DNA of 63,865 bases, filler included, from Welwitschia mirabilis (GCA_051453625.1; 5 parts of one record of this genome joined end to end with filler, not necessarily neighbours in it); one strand, 5' to 3'. Positions 27,502-41,700 are shown, counted from the whole stretch's first letter. Notes: generated from the letters alone by a model not told the origin. Numbers and translations: made by a program.

Positions 27502-28793
27502 TGTTGAGTTAATATTTGCCAAGTTGATGTCAAACTAATATTTTCTCTTTAGAAAAACATGTTATAACTTGTATAGAGAATATTAATCCATGTAGGTCAA
27601 AAGATAAAACATTTTATCACAAATTCTCGCTAAACCTGACAGTTTTCATACCCTCTAAGGGGTCGACCGGATTCCTAAAGATTTGACCAAACCTAAATCT
27701 TAAAGTATCAAAAACTCATCATAAAGGGGATTGATTATATTATAGAGTAGTCAACCAGACTTGAGCATTAAATATTTTACATATAATTATTAAGGGGTCA
27801 ACCGAATTCTAAAGGGATCGACCAAATCTAGAGTAAAATTTTTTCATCTTTTATCAATAAGGGGTCAATTAGAATTTTAAGGGGTTGACTGGACCTAGGC
27901 TAGAAAATAATTTTATAGATTTTCCTAGACATGGAGTCAACTGAATGAATATGTAGGCAACCAAATATGTGATGGATCAAATCCTAAGAGTCAACCAAAC
28001 ATGGAGCCATAAGTAATAAGGTCAATCAAAAGAAGATGAGGAAAAATGACTTCAGTGATGATACCAGATGGGGTCGACTAAATATTTTAAGAGGTCAACT
28101 AGTAATGATAGAAATGGAATTTTTTAAGACATTTGGACATCTTTTTTTTTTTCTGTTGAATAATATTTTCACTTGTAAAAACCTAAAAAGCTTCTTCTAC
28201 ATATTTACCAAGAGTCAAAATCACTATACCACTTTTTGCATAACTTTTAAAATTATTTAAAAAAGTGATTGACACATCCTCTATCTGACCAAAGATGAAT
28301 AAAGAGTTATTGTTATCATTTATACTTAGTCAAGTAGTTGCACTATATGTTCATGGATTATACTATCTTCTCAAGTAGTGTAGTAATATCATTCTTGAGC
28401 TAGAGATCTAGTGAAACCTATGTATTATGACACACTATTATTATTGCATCGTATTCTTTTTAAAGGTTGAAACTGAGCCTCAAAAAAGTCTGATTGTAAA
28501 GGTTACAAGTGAACTTGGAATACATAAAAAATGATTAATAAATATCTAGATTAAGCTTGAGTAGAATCTGATTAACAAAAGTGGAGTAGAGGGTTTCCTG
28601 AACTACTATAAATTATGTGTGCATCTCATTTGGTACTTTTTTGCTTTTAGTTATTTACTTTCAGATTATGTCTAGTTTTTAATTTACATAAATATTTTAG
28701 TATTCATTTCTTATGAAGATAGCTTGTGAATATATTTGTTTAATTTTTTTAAATCCTATTCATAACCCCTCCTCTATTGTTTTAGATCCTTTA
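27502..28793 (+). repeat. 3' LTR of Sirevirus D
   Basis: Follows the PPT and ends AGATCCTTTA, like the 5' LTR, before TSD CATAT. Confidence 0.9.
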
Positions 28794-28798
28794 CATAT

Positions 28799-29961
28799 GT
28801 CATCTTCTGGTTTCCGGATCTAGTAGTTACTGCTTTACTTATTACTTCTCTAGGTTTTGGTTGAGGTTAAGTAGGAATTTTTCTCTTTTTTTTCCTCTAT
28901 TTCTAATTTTTCTCTCATGTCCTTTGAATCTCTATTTTTCTAATTCCTGTAATTAATAATCATATTGTTCCCGCCTTTTTGAATTAACATATGTTTGTAT
29001 ATGCTTTTTTATTTTACTTTTCCATTTTCTAATTTGGTATGGATATAGTTTCTTTCTAGTTTAAGGTTTATTTCCTAAATTTAAACCTAATTTATTAATA
29101 TCTAGTCATTGAACAAATTCTTACATCCAAGGATATTATGTTTCTCCATGATTATCTTCCTCACAATGTTCACATGTAGTTCCTTCTTTCTTCTTAAAGT
29201 CTTGTACAACTAACTAATCAAATTTTCCTATCATGATATTAGTTACTTTTTGAGCTACTTTTTCCATAAGAATAATATGTTTTAAACTATACATACTATC
29301 ATATGCTTCTGGTGTACATACTTCATTTACCTTTTTCTTCTTTTCATTTTTTCTATCCCCATCGTTGACTTATGTTATAAAACTAAGTAATGGCTTTTTC
29401 CACTTCTTAGATGTTCTCTATTTTGATGTTTTTTCTACATAACATGTATATTTCCTCTAAAGTTTAACTCTATAATCCTATAAATAAAGCTCTCACTCAT
29501 TCCTTAGATGTGATTTCATGGTTAGGATATTTAGCTAACAATATTTTATACCTATCCATGAATTCATTAAATCTTTTATTATCTCTTCATTTAATATTCA
29601 AAATTTATTCCCTTAGATCTTCAATCATCATCATGGATTAAAATTTGATTAGGAAAGATTTTTAAGGGATTTCCTTCAAAACTAAAGAAATGATTAGGAT
29701 TCCTATCATATCATAGTTGGGTGTCTCCTTTTAGAAAAAAAGGAAAATATCTTAAAAAGTTGGATTCTAAGTCAAGATAATTAGATTTATAAAAGGCATC
29801 AAATAGGCTTAGATGTAATAAGGGTTTTTCCAATTTCTTACCCTTGAAAGTAAGTACTAATATAATATTCATATTTCTTAGTTTGTCTAGTTATTGTAAG
29901 GCTATAGGATTAATAGGACTTAAATATTCTAGCCAATGGATATCATGATTTAAAGGTTTTG
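28799..29961 (-). pseudogene. gag: Element B gag, central part, degraded (continues at 33936-34260 and 20400-20716)
   Basis: Minus-strand FNEFMDRYKILLAKYPNHE resembles the retrotransposon-gag ERFK-LL--CP-H motif. Its position between PBS and protease fits. Confidence 0.6.
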
Positions 29962-30160
29962 AATCTTGATAAATGAGGATCAATCCTAGAGGGGGGATGA
30001 ATATAACTTCTAAAGTTCTGTCTCCTTGTTTTTCATGAGCTGCAAAAATAATAGATAAAANNNNNNNNNNNNNNNNNNNNNNNNNNNNNNNNNNNNNNNN
30101 NNNNTTAATTAATTAANNNNNNNNNNNNNNNNNNNNNNNNNNNNNNNNNNNNNNNNNNNN

Positions 30161-32187
30161 TTTGTTTATAACATGATAAGATTTCTTGATAAATGTAAAC
30201 TTAGATCCTAAAAGGGAGTGCGAAAACTAACTTTGCTAAAGATATAATCAATCTTAGAGTGACCCTTGTGGCAGGTGATATTAGCTAATGAATTCTTGGA
30301 ATCTACCTTCAACAAGGGTTTGAAATAAAAGAAGTGATAGGATTTGAAAGAGATAGGAAATGATTTTCTAAAGGAGTGATTCTTTATTCTATAGAAAGTT
30401 GATGCAAGGCTATTTTATAGGTTATTAACTTCCTTTTCTCTAATCTCAAGCTTATCTGGAAGGAGCTTATTTTCTTTTCTAAGTTGGTTTAGTCTGTGAG
30501 TTATATTTTGGCATTCCAAATATAATTCTAATTTAATATCATTAAGTGAATCTTCACTAATTACTGAATTAATGTGAGAAGTAGAACATACCTTTCCATC
30601 GATGATTATCATGAGAGAGATACCACCACATTCTAAATCTGAGTTTTGTTTACTTTCACTTTTATCATCGTCCCATGTTGCATACAGGACTTTCTTTCCC
30701 TTTATTTTATCATCCTTTCTGTTATTTGGGTAGACATTTAAGGTATGACCAAAACCTTTACAGGAATAGCATTGAATCTTGTGACGTCATTCATCCTTCC
30801 TTTTTGGTGGTCTTTGAGACTGACCTCCACCTTACCATCTCTGCATGAAGCATCTGAACCTTCTGGCTAAGAGGGCCACTTCATCATCACTTGCTAGTTC
30901 TAGGTCAGACCCATCCTTGATTTAGGGAGCTTCATATGTGGAAGATAGTGCCACACTCTTCTTCTTCTTCTGCTTTCCAAATTTTAGCTCAAAAGTGTGA
31001 AGGTTTCCTTAGAGTTCATTGAGTTTCATGATGTTTAGGTCCTTGTTTCTTCTATAGTGGTTACTTTTGATTTAAACCTTTTTGGCAGAGATCTCAAGGC
31101 TTTACGAACCACTCTTGAGTCATCTATTAATTCACCTAAACCACGTATAGAATTTACAATATCTATTAGTTTTGCAAAAAAATCATTTATACCTTCATCA
31201 TCTTCCATCTTTATATCCTTAAACTGGGTGATCAACATTTAAAGCTTAGCCTACTTTACTAGATTTGTTTCTTTGTGAAAGGTTTCTAGGATATCCCATG
31301 CTTCTTTGGAAGTGGTGTAGTTTACCACTCTCTTAAACTATTTTGGGCCTATGGCACAGAAGATAGCGTTTAGGCATTTAAAGTTACAGCTTGTAGCTTG
31401 TTTCTCATCTAGTATTCATTTGTCCCTACTTTTTGGAATTACCAATTTGGTAATAGAATCCTACACATTAGGAGAACAATACCCATTAATAATAGACTCC
31501 TAGATTTCTAGGTCAATGGATTGAATAAAGACTCTCATCTTTGCTTTCCAATAACTNNNNNNNNNNNNNNNNNNNNNNNNNNNNNNNNNNNNNNNNNNNN
31601 NNNNNNNNNNNCACTGAATGAAACTTAGTCACTTTTGATTTAAACCTTTTTGGCAGACATCTTAAGGCTTTGTAAACCACTATTGAGTCGTCTATTGATT
31701 CACCTGAACCACGCATAGAATTTACAATGTCTGTTAGTTTTGCAAAGAAATCATTTATACCTTAATCGTCTTCCATCTTTAGGTCCTCAAACTGGGTGAT
31801 CAGCATTTGAAGCTTAGCCTACTTCATTAGATTTATTCCTTCATGAGAGGTTTCTAGAATATCCCATGCTTCTTTAGCAGTGGTGCAGTTCATCACTCTT
31901 TTAAAATATTCTAGACCTATAGCACAAAAGATAGCATTTAGGCCTTTGAAGTTGCAGGTTATGACTTGTTTCTCGTCTAGTGTCCATTTGTCCCTGCTTT
32001 TTAGAATTACCAACTTAGTAGTAGCATCCTGCATATTAGGAGAACAATATCCATTAATAATAGACTCTCAGATTTCCAAGTCAATGGATTAAACAAATAC
32101 TCTCATCTTTTCTTTCCAATAACCATAATTCATTCCATTAAAGAAGGGAGGTCTTGTGACCGAGTTTCCTTTAGTGGGTTTACTCAT
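30161..32187 (-). pseudogene. gag: Sirevirus E gag, present as two overlapping divergent copies either side of the gap at 31557-31611
   Basis: MSKPTKGNSVTRPPFFNGMNYGYWK, KEAWDILETSHEG, RVVRKALRSLPKRFKSKVTTIEE. Confidence 0.88.
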
Positions 32188-32252
32188 TCTTTAGGGATGA
32201 GTGGAGCAGAGATCTATTAGGATCTATTGCTTAACCTCACTCTGATACCAAT

Positions 32253-33930
32253 TGATAAATAAGGATCGATCCTAGAGGGGGATGAATAGGACTTTTAAAG
32301 TTATGTCTCCTTATTCTTTCATGACTTGCAAAAATAATAGATAAAAAGTAATACTAAAACAAGGTGTTTAATCGTGGGTAGACACCACCCTTCAACTTTG
32401 TAGACCCCTTGTCCTAGCTGGCATGAAATCACTCTTCAAAAATGGTTTTTAAGCTCACCAAGTAATCTTTCACAACTAATAAGGATTTTATGACTTATCC
32501 TCAACTAAGAACGAATGAAAGAAAGAAGGATGCACTACTGCACAGATGTGATCTCTAGGGTACATCAATCTTCTTTTCAAGAAAATGCTATGATGTAAGT
32601 ACAATAGAAATGTGAACCTTATTAGAATGTTCAGATGTGCTAATAGAAGGTATATCAGTGCTTGTTCAATCTTTGATTTGATAAGAATAGTATCCATGTG
32701 CTCTAGTGTTTAAAGGAAATCTTTTATACTTGAGATGTTAGAGGGAAATGAACCGTTATAATTTTCTGAAGAATCATTGTGCTTTTGCTAGAGAACTATT
32801 GTGTTTAAAATGGTTATATTTTTCGTCATACGGTCAACCTTTTGATATATTCAGTCGACTGCAAATGTGGTTGCCCTTATTCTTATGTTCAGTTTCCCTT
32901 ACTTGCAGTAGATTTTCTCAGTATAAGATATGGCCCAAAAGTGGTTGCCCTTGTGCAAATACATGGTCGTCCTTAGTTAGGTTGCCCTTATCATTTTATA
33001 CAGTCGGCTAGATATTACCCAGTTCATGTTCTATTGATTGTCATAAGGTCGCCCGTATAGTTATGATTGGTTGCCCATACTGCTATTAGTAAGATTCTTA
33101 CCGTGTATCATGTGGTCACCCATATAAATATTCTGTATTTCTATCAAGTTGGATTTCATGCATGTGTTTCAATCGCCCGTATGAATATATTCGATCGTCC
33201 ATGTTATAATGGCAATCGCCCATGTTATAATGATGGTCGCCCATATTTCTATTATATTATATCAGAGTAAAATGCGGTCACCCATTTTATAATGGCAGTC
33301 ATCCATGTGTTAATCTGTCTTCTATATGTTGTCAATGTTCGGTTGCCCAGTAAATCATGTGCAGTTGCCTACTTCTGAAGCANNNNNNNNNNNNNNNNNN
33401 NNNNNNNNNNNNNNNNNNNNNNNNNNNNNNNNNNNNNNNNNNNNNNNNNNNNNNNNNNNNNNNNNNNNNNNNNNNNNNNNNNCTAATGATTGTCGTAAAG
33501 TCGCCCGTATAGTGACAGTCGGTCACTTGTACTACTATCAGTAAGATTCTTACTACATGTCGTGCGGTCAGGCATACAAATATTTATGGTCGCTTGTATT
33601 TTTATCAAGTTGGATTTCACTGCATGTATTTCAATGGCCCGTATGAATATCTTCACTCATCACTCTATTAGATTAAATCAGGCTAAGTAAAATGCGGTCG
33701 CCTGTGTTATGATGGCAGTCATCCATGTGTTAATCGGTCTTCTTTATGTTGTCAATATTCGATCACCCAGTAAATCATGTGCAGTTGCCTACTTCTGAAG
33801 CAGTATTATAGTTCTTGAACATGTGGTTACCCGATCTTATAAATCGATCGCCCGGTGCTGGAAGTTACCTACACAAAAGACCAACTTACAAAAACTCGTT
33901 AACTTAATCAATGACAATGGGTTCTTAACA
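32253..33930 (-). repeat. 5' LTR of Sirevirus E, with an internal duplication across the gap at 33383-33482
   Basis: Aligns to 1349-2590 and ends GGGTTCTTAACA. Confidence 0.88.
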
Positions 33931-34290
33931 AATCTCGATAATCTTCCTAATAATATCCCATTAGGACTTTCTTTTCAAGCCTTTTTTTCTAAACTATTTA
34001 AGAATATTTTATTTATGAATGAGATGACATAAGAATGGTATGTAATTATTACTTAAATTCATTCATAAATTTGGAAAAGATTTGTTCCTTTACCACATTT
34101 TCAAGGGTGACTTCATCCTCTATGAAATCTTCTTCTTCCACTTCTATTTTAATTTTATTTATAGTTTACTCATTTAGACCATATTTATGAGGTTTTTAAC
34201 ATACCCACCTTTTTCATCTTATCATTTTCCTTGGCTATCTTTTTTAATCATAGTTTTTTTTCATCTCTGCTAGTCGACTTTAGAGCTACT

Positions 34291-34305
34291 CTCCTTCTAG
34301 CACCA
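34291..34305 (-). promoter_or_regulatory. PBS complementary to plant tRNA-Asn (element B)
   Basis: Minus strand TGGTGCTAGAAGGAG versus TGGCGCTAGAAGGAG, the complement of the plant tRNA-Asn(GTT) 3' end CTCCTTCTAGCGCCA. It lies 3 nt from the LTR. Confidence 0.8.
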
Positions 34306-34308
34306 AAA

Positions 34309-35257
34309 TGATGGTTGATTATGTGGTGTAATAAATGCAAAAAAAATTATAAAATAATAAAAAATAGTGCTAAAAAATGTAGAAACTATGTTTCTATTAA
34401 CCCAAATAAGCTCACATCATTAAATAAAAATAATCAAAGGCTTACTAAAGAACTAGTTAAGATTTAACCATTTAGTTTAAAAAGCATCATTATAATTATG
34501 TTATAATGAAGTTACTTGAACTAGTAAGGTCATTTTATTACTACTAAGTGGTTAGGTACATATAATATAAGAGGGGAAAATGAATAAAGTAGTAAAACAT
34601 GATAGAAATTAAATGAGACACTAAACAATGCTTATTTTTAAGTACTGTTAGTTATCCCAGTCTATGTTTAGTTGCACAAATAGGAGCAAATAGAAATAGT
34701 ACTACTTGTTCAAGTAATAGGACATGCAAAAAATGATATTCAAAATATGCTTTTTAGCTTAATATTGAAATACCAATTTTTACATAAAGATGCGCTAAGG
34801 CTTATGTTTTCATTTGCAGGTAACACTTTAGAATATGAGAGATGTTGATGTGCCCTTTGTAGGATAGCTAGAGCTTTCCTTCTTGACTTCCTTATTGAGT
34901 CTATTTCTAGAGCTTTTTGTTAAAAGGATTTCTACTTTAGTGGTAATCCCTTTATGATACCCCTGTCTATTTTTATGTTTCCTTTTTTCGATCCTTAGGG
35001 ATAAGCTTATAGTTGAGGTTATCACTGTTTTTTCACCACCTTAGCCTTCTTTCTCATCTTCATGCCAAATGGTATTCTATATCTGTAACTTAAGAATAAA
35101 AATGTATATACTAATCTGATAACATACTAACTAACTAATCATTTAATTAGTGAGTACATTTATAAAGAAAAACATCTATTGTTATCTAAAATGCATAATT
35201 ATGAAAATGAAACCATTTATTACTAAGCAAAGTTTGCATCAAAGTTAATCATCATCA
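34309..35257 (-). repeat. 5' LTR of element B
   Basis: TGATG...CATCA, collinear with 14389-15356. Confidence 0.9.
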
Positions 35258-35262
35258 AACAT

Positions 35263-37375
35263 TAAGTTATACTATTCATCAACAACAATTAGGAGAATAC
35301 AACCATTTAAACAATAGTCATTAAGATTGTAATCTTCTTATGTAAATTCTATTAAAGCTAATAATAATTAAGGATAGTTAATTGTTATATCCCATTTTTA
35401 TCAATTATTTACACATTTTATTGTGTATTTAGGTTCTAATAGAATACTATGCAACTTGATATTTAGATTAATTTAATTATGGATATAACATTCTAGGGGT
35501 TATGAACCCACTATTCATTTTAGTTAACATAAAGATCAGTCCATAATATTATTTATCTATACTCATAATCATTAGAAACATAATAGTATAATTTACTAAT
35601 CATTAGTTGTTATCAAGATCAGTGTAACTTATATTTATACTTGTTTACCATTCCATATATTTCTAACATTCTAAAAAAGATTGATTCAATAATTTTAAAC
35701 GCAATTACTTATTAATTTTGCTATTCCTTTGTTATCATTACAAATAGGCCTTTATTTTGTACTTTACCACTATATAAGAGTAATGTTATTATGTTAATCA
35801 TATTGCTGTAATGCTATTAAATATTTCATTACATTACCATTAGATATTTGTCAAGGTTTTTTAAATGAGGTTCTTTGTTAATTAATGAAACCTTACAATT
35901 ATATACCTACTTGTGCATGAATACTCTTAAGTAAAGAATGAGGGATTTCTAGCAAGATGCTGGTAGCTATCTATTATGTCCCATATATTTTAATTAATGT
36001 TATTAACATAATATTCATTAATAAAAATACATCTACATTTATATATACATATATATTTCTACTATCTTTCATTAACATATTATGTGTAATATTGCTAATA
36101 TGAAGCTTACTAACTATGACTTATAAATTCATGGTTATAATATTAATATCATAACTTAGGAGATACATATCAAATTAAGAATGGTATAGCATACAAATTA
36201 TGCTAATAAGCAAACTAATCATAAATAAAGTTTAGATCATAAAATTAAATTTAAAGGTTGTACTATTATGAGATGAGCTTAAAACCCTAGTTCTCATTTA
36301 CTCCCTTTTTAGTTTATTATACCATATCAATATAATTGCCTAGGTTTAGCCATTTCTATTTTACTCTATTCTTCCTATCTTTTATCTTGTATTTTTCAAT
36401 GGTCATATAACTAGTTTCTATATATTTGATTCCATGTGTAATTATTCCAAATTTTTTATCATTATACTTCACCTTTTAGCATCACATTTATTAACACTTT
36501 GCCCTTCCATTATCATCTCCTTTAATTAATCCTTATCCATTAATGTTTACTTCTATGCATTATTTTCATCTAGTAAGAAATTTCTCATTTACTTATACAA
36601 TTAGTCTTAATTCTTTATAATTTTAGAGTCCATATTCTTATAACTCTATTTAAAAGAACTATGTAAGGGTAAGTATGTAGAGAGGATAAAGGTATACACT
36701 TTTTAAGTTGCTAGGTTTTATTCAACTTTGACCATGTTTTGAGTACCAAATTTAATATTGATAGGCTCATATGATACTAACAACATATTCATTAAATATT
36801 ACATTAAAACGTATTTTATAATACTCTATTATTTATCTTTTTTACCTTTACCTCTTATTATATCTATAACACTAATATATTAAGAGGTGAGAAGCCATAT
36901 AATTTATTTTCTTCTACTTAATATTATCTTTACCTTCTTTTATTTATCTTTACAAAATATAATTCACTATATATTTTTTTTACTATGTTATTTACCTTTA
37001 CAAAATATAATTTACTATACATTATGGTATCCCTTTTATCCTTTCAACATTAATGACTGCATTTTTACTTTTTAAAAAAAGAAAGCTTAAGAATTATACA
37101 ATTTTTTTTTCAAAACTTCTCACATGGCTCAAGGAGATTTACCTCCATCTTTTTCAAAATTTGATTCATTGCATGGTAGAAAGGTGGAAAACCCTCCTTT
37201 CAATCCCTTATTTCCATATCAATGTCAGATTTCTCACCTCATGATAATGGCTCTCCTTCATCAACATCCATCCTTATAATCTCGTGACATTTCTCTATTC
37301 TAATGACCCTTTTTGTAATGCATCATTAGTGCTCACAACACTCCTCCTTAGTTATTTCTCATCTAGGTAGTCACA
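35263..37375 (-). repeat. 5' LTR of element A, segment 2
   Basis: Resumes homology to ~6460-8825 immediately after TSD AACAT. Confidence 0.85.
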
Positions 37376-37430
37376 TTTGGTTTTAGTAGTGCTAATGGTT
37401 AGCTCACAGTTCTAATAACTTCCTACTTAT

Positions 37431-37732
37431 TATTGGATATACAGTTCTCATGCCTAGCCCAATAAGTGGGTAAATATGATGGGTTTCAGTTTCCACCTAA
37501 GTTATGGCTTTTAGTGTAAGTCAACAATTAGTATCAAAGCCATGGTTGTTGGCTGGTCTTGGGTTTGAGTCTTCCCAGTGGCTTCCCAATTCATGTGAGC
37601 ACTTTGCATATGGATTAAGGGAAAGATTATTGGCTATGCGGTCCCCATGCCTAGCCTAACAAGTGGGTAATATGATGGGTTCTAGTTTCCACCTAAGTCA
37701 TGGCTTTTTATGTGATGGTAAATGGATCAACA
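37431..37732 (+). mobile_element. TRIM (terminal-repeat retrotransposon in miniature), ~300 bp
   Basis: Direct repeats at 37431-37526 and 37628-37732 (TATTGG...TCAACA), PBS TAGTATCAAAGC at 37529-37540, PPT AAGGGAAAGAT at 37617-37627, 101-bp internal domain. The flanks CTTAT/CTTTC match only partly. Confidence 0.85.
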
Positions 37733-38759
37733 CTTTCAAGATGCTACTCACTATGCCAAACCCTTCATAAGATAGAAAGAACATAAAAGGATGCCCTTTA
37801 TCAAAAATGTAGGCTAGGGTTTAGGTTTTCTCTTATTGTTTTCTATGTTTTTTTTAATTGTTTTCTCTTATTGTTACTTGCAAGGCATGATATTCTTGGT
37901 TTCAAAGATATTAGAGGATTCTTCTTATGGTGTCACAGTTGGATTCCCTTGGTACCAATGATTCTTGCTAGAGCTATTCTCCTCCCATGATAAGCCTTTT
38001 CTATGCTATTTTACTACCTCATGATACACTACCTCCTTAATCATTAACATATTTTAGCATTCAAACACCTCCATTTGTTCTTTCATTAGGCTATTCTCCT
38101 ATCATAGACCCTTTTTCTTAGGCCATGTTTATATTTGGATGCAATTTCTAAAAACCTCAACAATAGCTATAGATTCATATCTTTGCATAAAGATGATCAT
38201 ATAGGTTAGGATTATAGTGGTTTTCTATTTATTTCCTTCTTTTTAGGAAAGGGTTTTTTCTTATATACTATTTACATTACTAGTTTAGTAAAATACCTAC
38301 ATGTAGAAAAAACACATGATGTAATTTGTTAGAGGGAGAAATGCAACACCGAGGTAGATAGATGACACCAATGCCATTTTTAGCCTATGGCCTATTTTCA
38401 TGCTAAAACCTTCTAATTTAATTTTGAGTAAAGATATTCTGAAGAAACATTGGATGCTTGTGATGGATTTTATGCTATAACATGTTAACATATAATTTCA
38501 TTAGGAAGTGAAGCCCTGCAATTTTTTTCTTTTCATTTTTAAAAGATACTAAGAGGCTTAGAGGAAGACTAAGGAAGCACACTCTTGCAAATACCCAATA
38601 CTATGCTCTCATATGAAATATTCAAATGGATTTATTTTGTAAGAGTAGTGATGCTTGTTTGATGTTAAAGTTTAGTGGAGGGGGTTTGTTAAGATGTCCA
38701 ATACAAGACAAGATAAAAGCCATACTATAAAAGAGTTCAATAAGAGAGAAAAATGCTAA

Positions 38760-41700
38760 TCACACCTCCTAAGACAATACCATTAAAGGCATTACACCCT
38801 AATAGACATTAGATTATAAAGTATTCATAAAAGAATCTCTAAAAACTTCTTTTACATCTCTTAATTGAATATTAACTAAATAAATGATAAGTATTTGATC
38901 CCCTCTAGAAAACTTATCAATCTAGTCCCCTAAAAAAGGCTTGATAATGATTCTTTCAAAGAAAAACATGCTTGCTACAAACAAAATTTATCATCCATCA
39001 TTAAATTTACTGTGAGAGCATCTTGCATTAGAATAGAAAAAGTGTAGGAGAAAGATATTCCAAACAAGCTAAATAACCAAGACAAAAGCTACTTAGTCAC
39101 TTGACAATCCCAAAATATGTGGCATTGAATTGGATTGGCATTGTCAAATTAAATTGATTTACTAATTGGAAGATCTTGATGAAGAAGAGACTAAAAGAAA
39201 AACTTGATTTTTGGTTTACTTAAGACTTTTATAATTTCTAAATCATGTCCTTCCATTTATCCTTTAAACAATCTAAATTCCAATTCTTACTCATTTGGGT
39301 CTAAAGATCATACTCATTTTCCAATCAAGAGTAAGCCTTTAAAAGAGAAAGGCGATACATGTTTTGATCATTTGGCCATAATCATTCATCTATCTAAGAA
39401 TCATTACCATTAAACCCATTAAAACTTCTTAGAATGAATTCCACATGTCTAATAAAGGGAAGATATCTCATCTAGAACTGCCGTTTGACTTTATAAGATT
39501 GTCATCTAAAGGATATGACTTCTTGATTATTGACTAATAATTGACCTATGTGAAGAAGTCCCTTTTGAGTCAAGGTCCTAGCTTTAGACTTGAAGTTCTA
39601 AACTAAAGGTAAAGAATTGAATTCAAAAGCTAGGGACCACCAAAAAAAGTGTAAATTCAAAATATTTTAAGAGAGACCCTAAGGCTTTCAAGTGAGATAG
39701 ATTTTAACTTTATTTTAGTAGCTCCAAGTTTGCTGGAAGAAATAAGAACCTCATAGCTTTACTTTCTCCTTGATCACCATCTAGTAAGAGTTATTTCAAT
39801 AGGAAGAGGATTAAACTTTTCCTTTAAAGACGTAATGTTTAAAGGTATCTTCCAAGCCTCATTTCCTTAAAAGAATTGAATAACCCATTTAAAAGTTAGA
39901 AGATGACCTTGTATAGAAATAGAAGGTATACCAAGATCTCCAACAATTTTATCTATAAGATAGATATCCTAGACTACTTGATGAAAAGATTTATGATTTT
40001 CCTTATCATCCTAGAGGTAACACAAAATTATTTTATTAATAAACTCTATAGCCTTCTTTGAAGGAGCCATAAAATTGGAATTGCACTTAAGATATGTTTT
40101 GTTATCACTAATTTTCCTACAAGAGAAAGAGGCTTAGAATCCCACTTAAGGATCTTATTTTGAACCTTTTTACTACATTTTATCAAAAATAATTGGAAGT
40201 GTCTTGAATAGTTCAAGGAATCCCTAAAAGAGAAAATTTATCTATTGGAGAAATCCACTTAAAAAGAAAAATGTTACACCAAGAATGCTAGGGTGAGAGA
40301 CTACTTCTAATAGCTTGAGTTTTATCCATAATGATTTTGGAGTTAAATGTCTTACAGTATATGGAAACCACCTCTAAATTAGCCAAAAAATTTTGCTCAC
40401 TCTCATCTAGAACAAGATAAGTATCATTAGTGAATTGACTATGAAGGACTTTAAAATCATTTGGAAGTGTGACTTCTCTAGGAATGAAATTATGCTTCTT
40501 AGCATTAACCATGGTTCCTAATAGATCTATTAAGATAATAAAAAGATAAGGAGCCAAGGGATAACCTTGTCTAATAGATTTTCCCAACTTGATATCAGAA
40601 GAGAATAGATCATTTATATAGGTAAAGAATCCTCTAATAAAAGTATTCCTATATGATCTTCAAAATCATCCCCAAGATTATGATTATTGATGAGGCATAA
40701 GAGATAATTCTAATCTAGTATATCATAAGATTTGAAAAAATCTAGTTTCAATAATAGATCCTTTCGAGAAGAAATGAAAGTGCAATTCATGCATTTCATA
40801 GTTGTAATAACATTGTCAAATATATATTTGTTTTTCATAAACATGATTTATTCCATTGTGATAAGATCAGGAAGAAAGGTCTTTAATTTATTATCTATAA
40901 CTTTTGTAATAATTTTATAGAGAACATTTAATAGAGTGATCGATTTTCAATTATTGATTAGAAAGTATCACTAGACTTAGGGATAAATTTAATTATTCTT
41001 GTATTTAGAGTTGTAACTAGGGAACCCTTATGAAGAGCTTTTGAGTATACTTAGTAAACATCATTAATTATATATCTTTATAAGTTCTTAAATAAGTTTA
41101 TAGGGAATCCATCTATAACTAAAGCATTTTCATCTTTTAATTGTTAAAGAGAAGTTGTAAGCTCAGCCTTTGATAAATGATTGTTACTTCTAAAGATTAG
41201 ATTTGTTAAGAAGAGGAGTTACATTAAGACAAAGATTTAAACTTTTTATGAAAATTGATCCTTTCTTAAAAATGCTAGGATAGTAAGACTAGAACTCTAA
41301 GAAAATGTCTTCTTGGATGATGAATAACCCTTTATTTGAATAAATGATATTCATTTAAGAAGAGGAAAAATTTCCTTTTAAAAAATTAAAACAATCAGGA
41401 AAAGCCTTGTCACTCATACAAAGTCAAGAAAGACAGCTTGTTGTTGTTAACTATGAGCCTTCTGATGCTCGATCTATCATAGCCTAGATTTAGTGGAGAC
41501 TAAAATTGAAAATTTTAAGTTTATGCCATTTTTCCCATTGACTATGGATTAATAAGTCTAAATATTATAAAGGAATTCCATCTTATAATGTTGAGATTTT
41601 CTAGCTAAGATTTTTTTCAAAGTGCTTAATTAGGTGTTGAACTCTAATAGATGCATCATTCCACTAGTTAATTTAATTATTCTTATCATTTGGTCTTAAA

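Larger units (their letters stand above)
20722..28793 (+). mobile_element. Sirevirus element D with internal deletion, nested in B
   Basis: TSD CATAT at 20717-20721 and 28794-28798. LTRs at 20722-22010 and 27502-28793. Decayed PBS TGGTATTAATGC at 22013-22024, PPT CAAAGGCGGAGAT at 27489-27501, and LTR-end CACCCTCTAGG motif. Confidence 0.92.
29967..33930 (-). mobile_element. Sirevirus element E (same family as F), nested in B's gag; pol not present in the assembly (gap at 30061-30160)
   Basis: TSD AATCT at 29962-29966 and 33931-33935. The 3' LTR end at 29967-30060 matches the 5' LTR end at 32253-32345. PBS TGGTATCAGAGT at 32239-32250. Confidence 0.9.
14389..35257 (-). mobile_element. Athila-like (non-chromovirus) Ty3/gypsy element B with tRNA-Asn PBS, nested in A's LTR
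   Basis: TSD AACAT at 14384-14388 and 35258-35262. TGATG...CATCA LTRs at 14389-15356 and 34309-35257. PPT CTTGAGCTTGGGGAAC and degenerate gag/PR/RT/RH are present. Confidence 0.9.
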
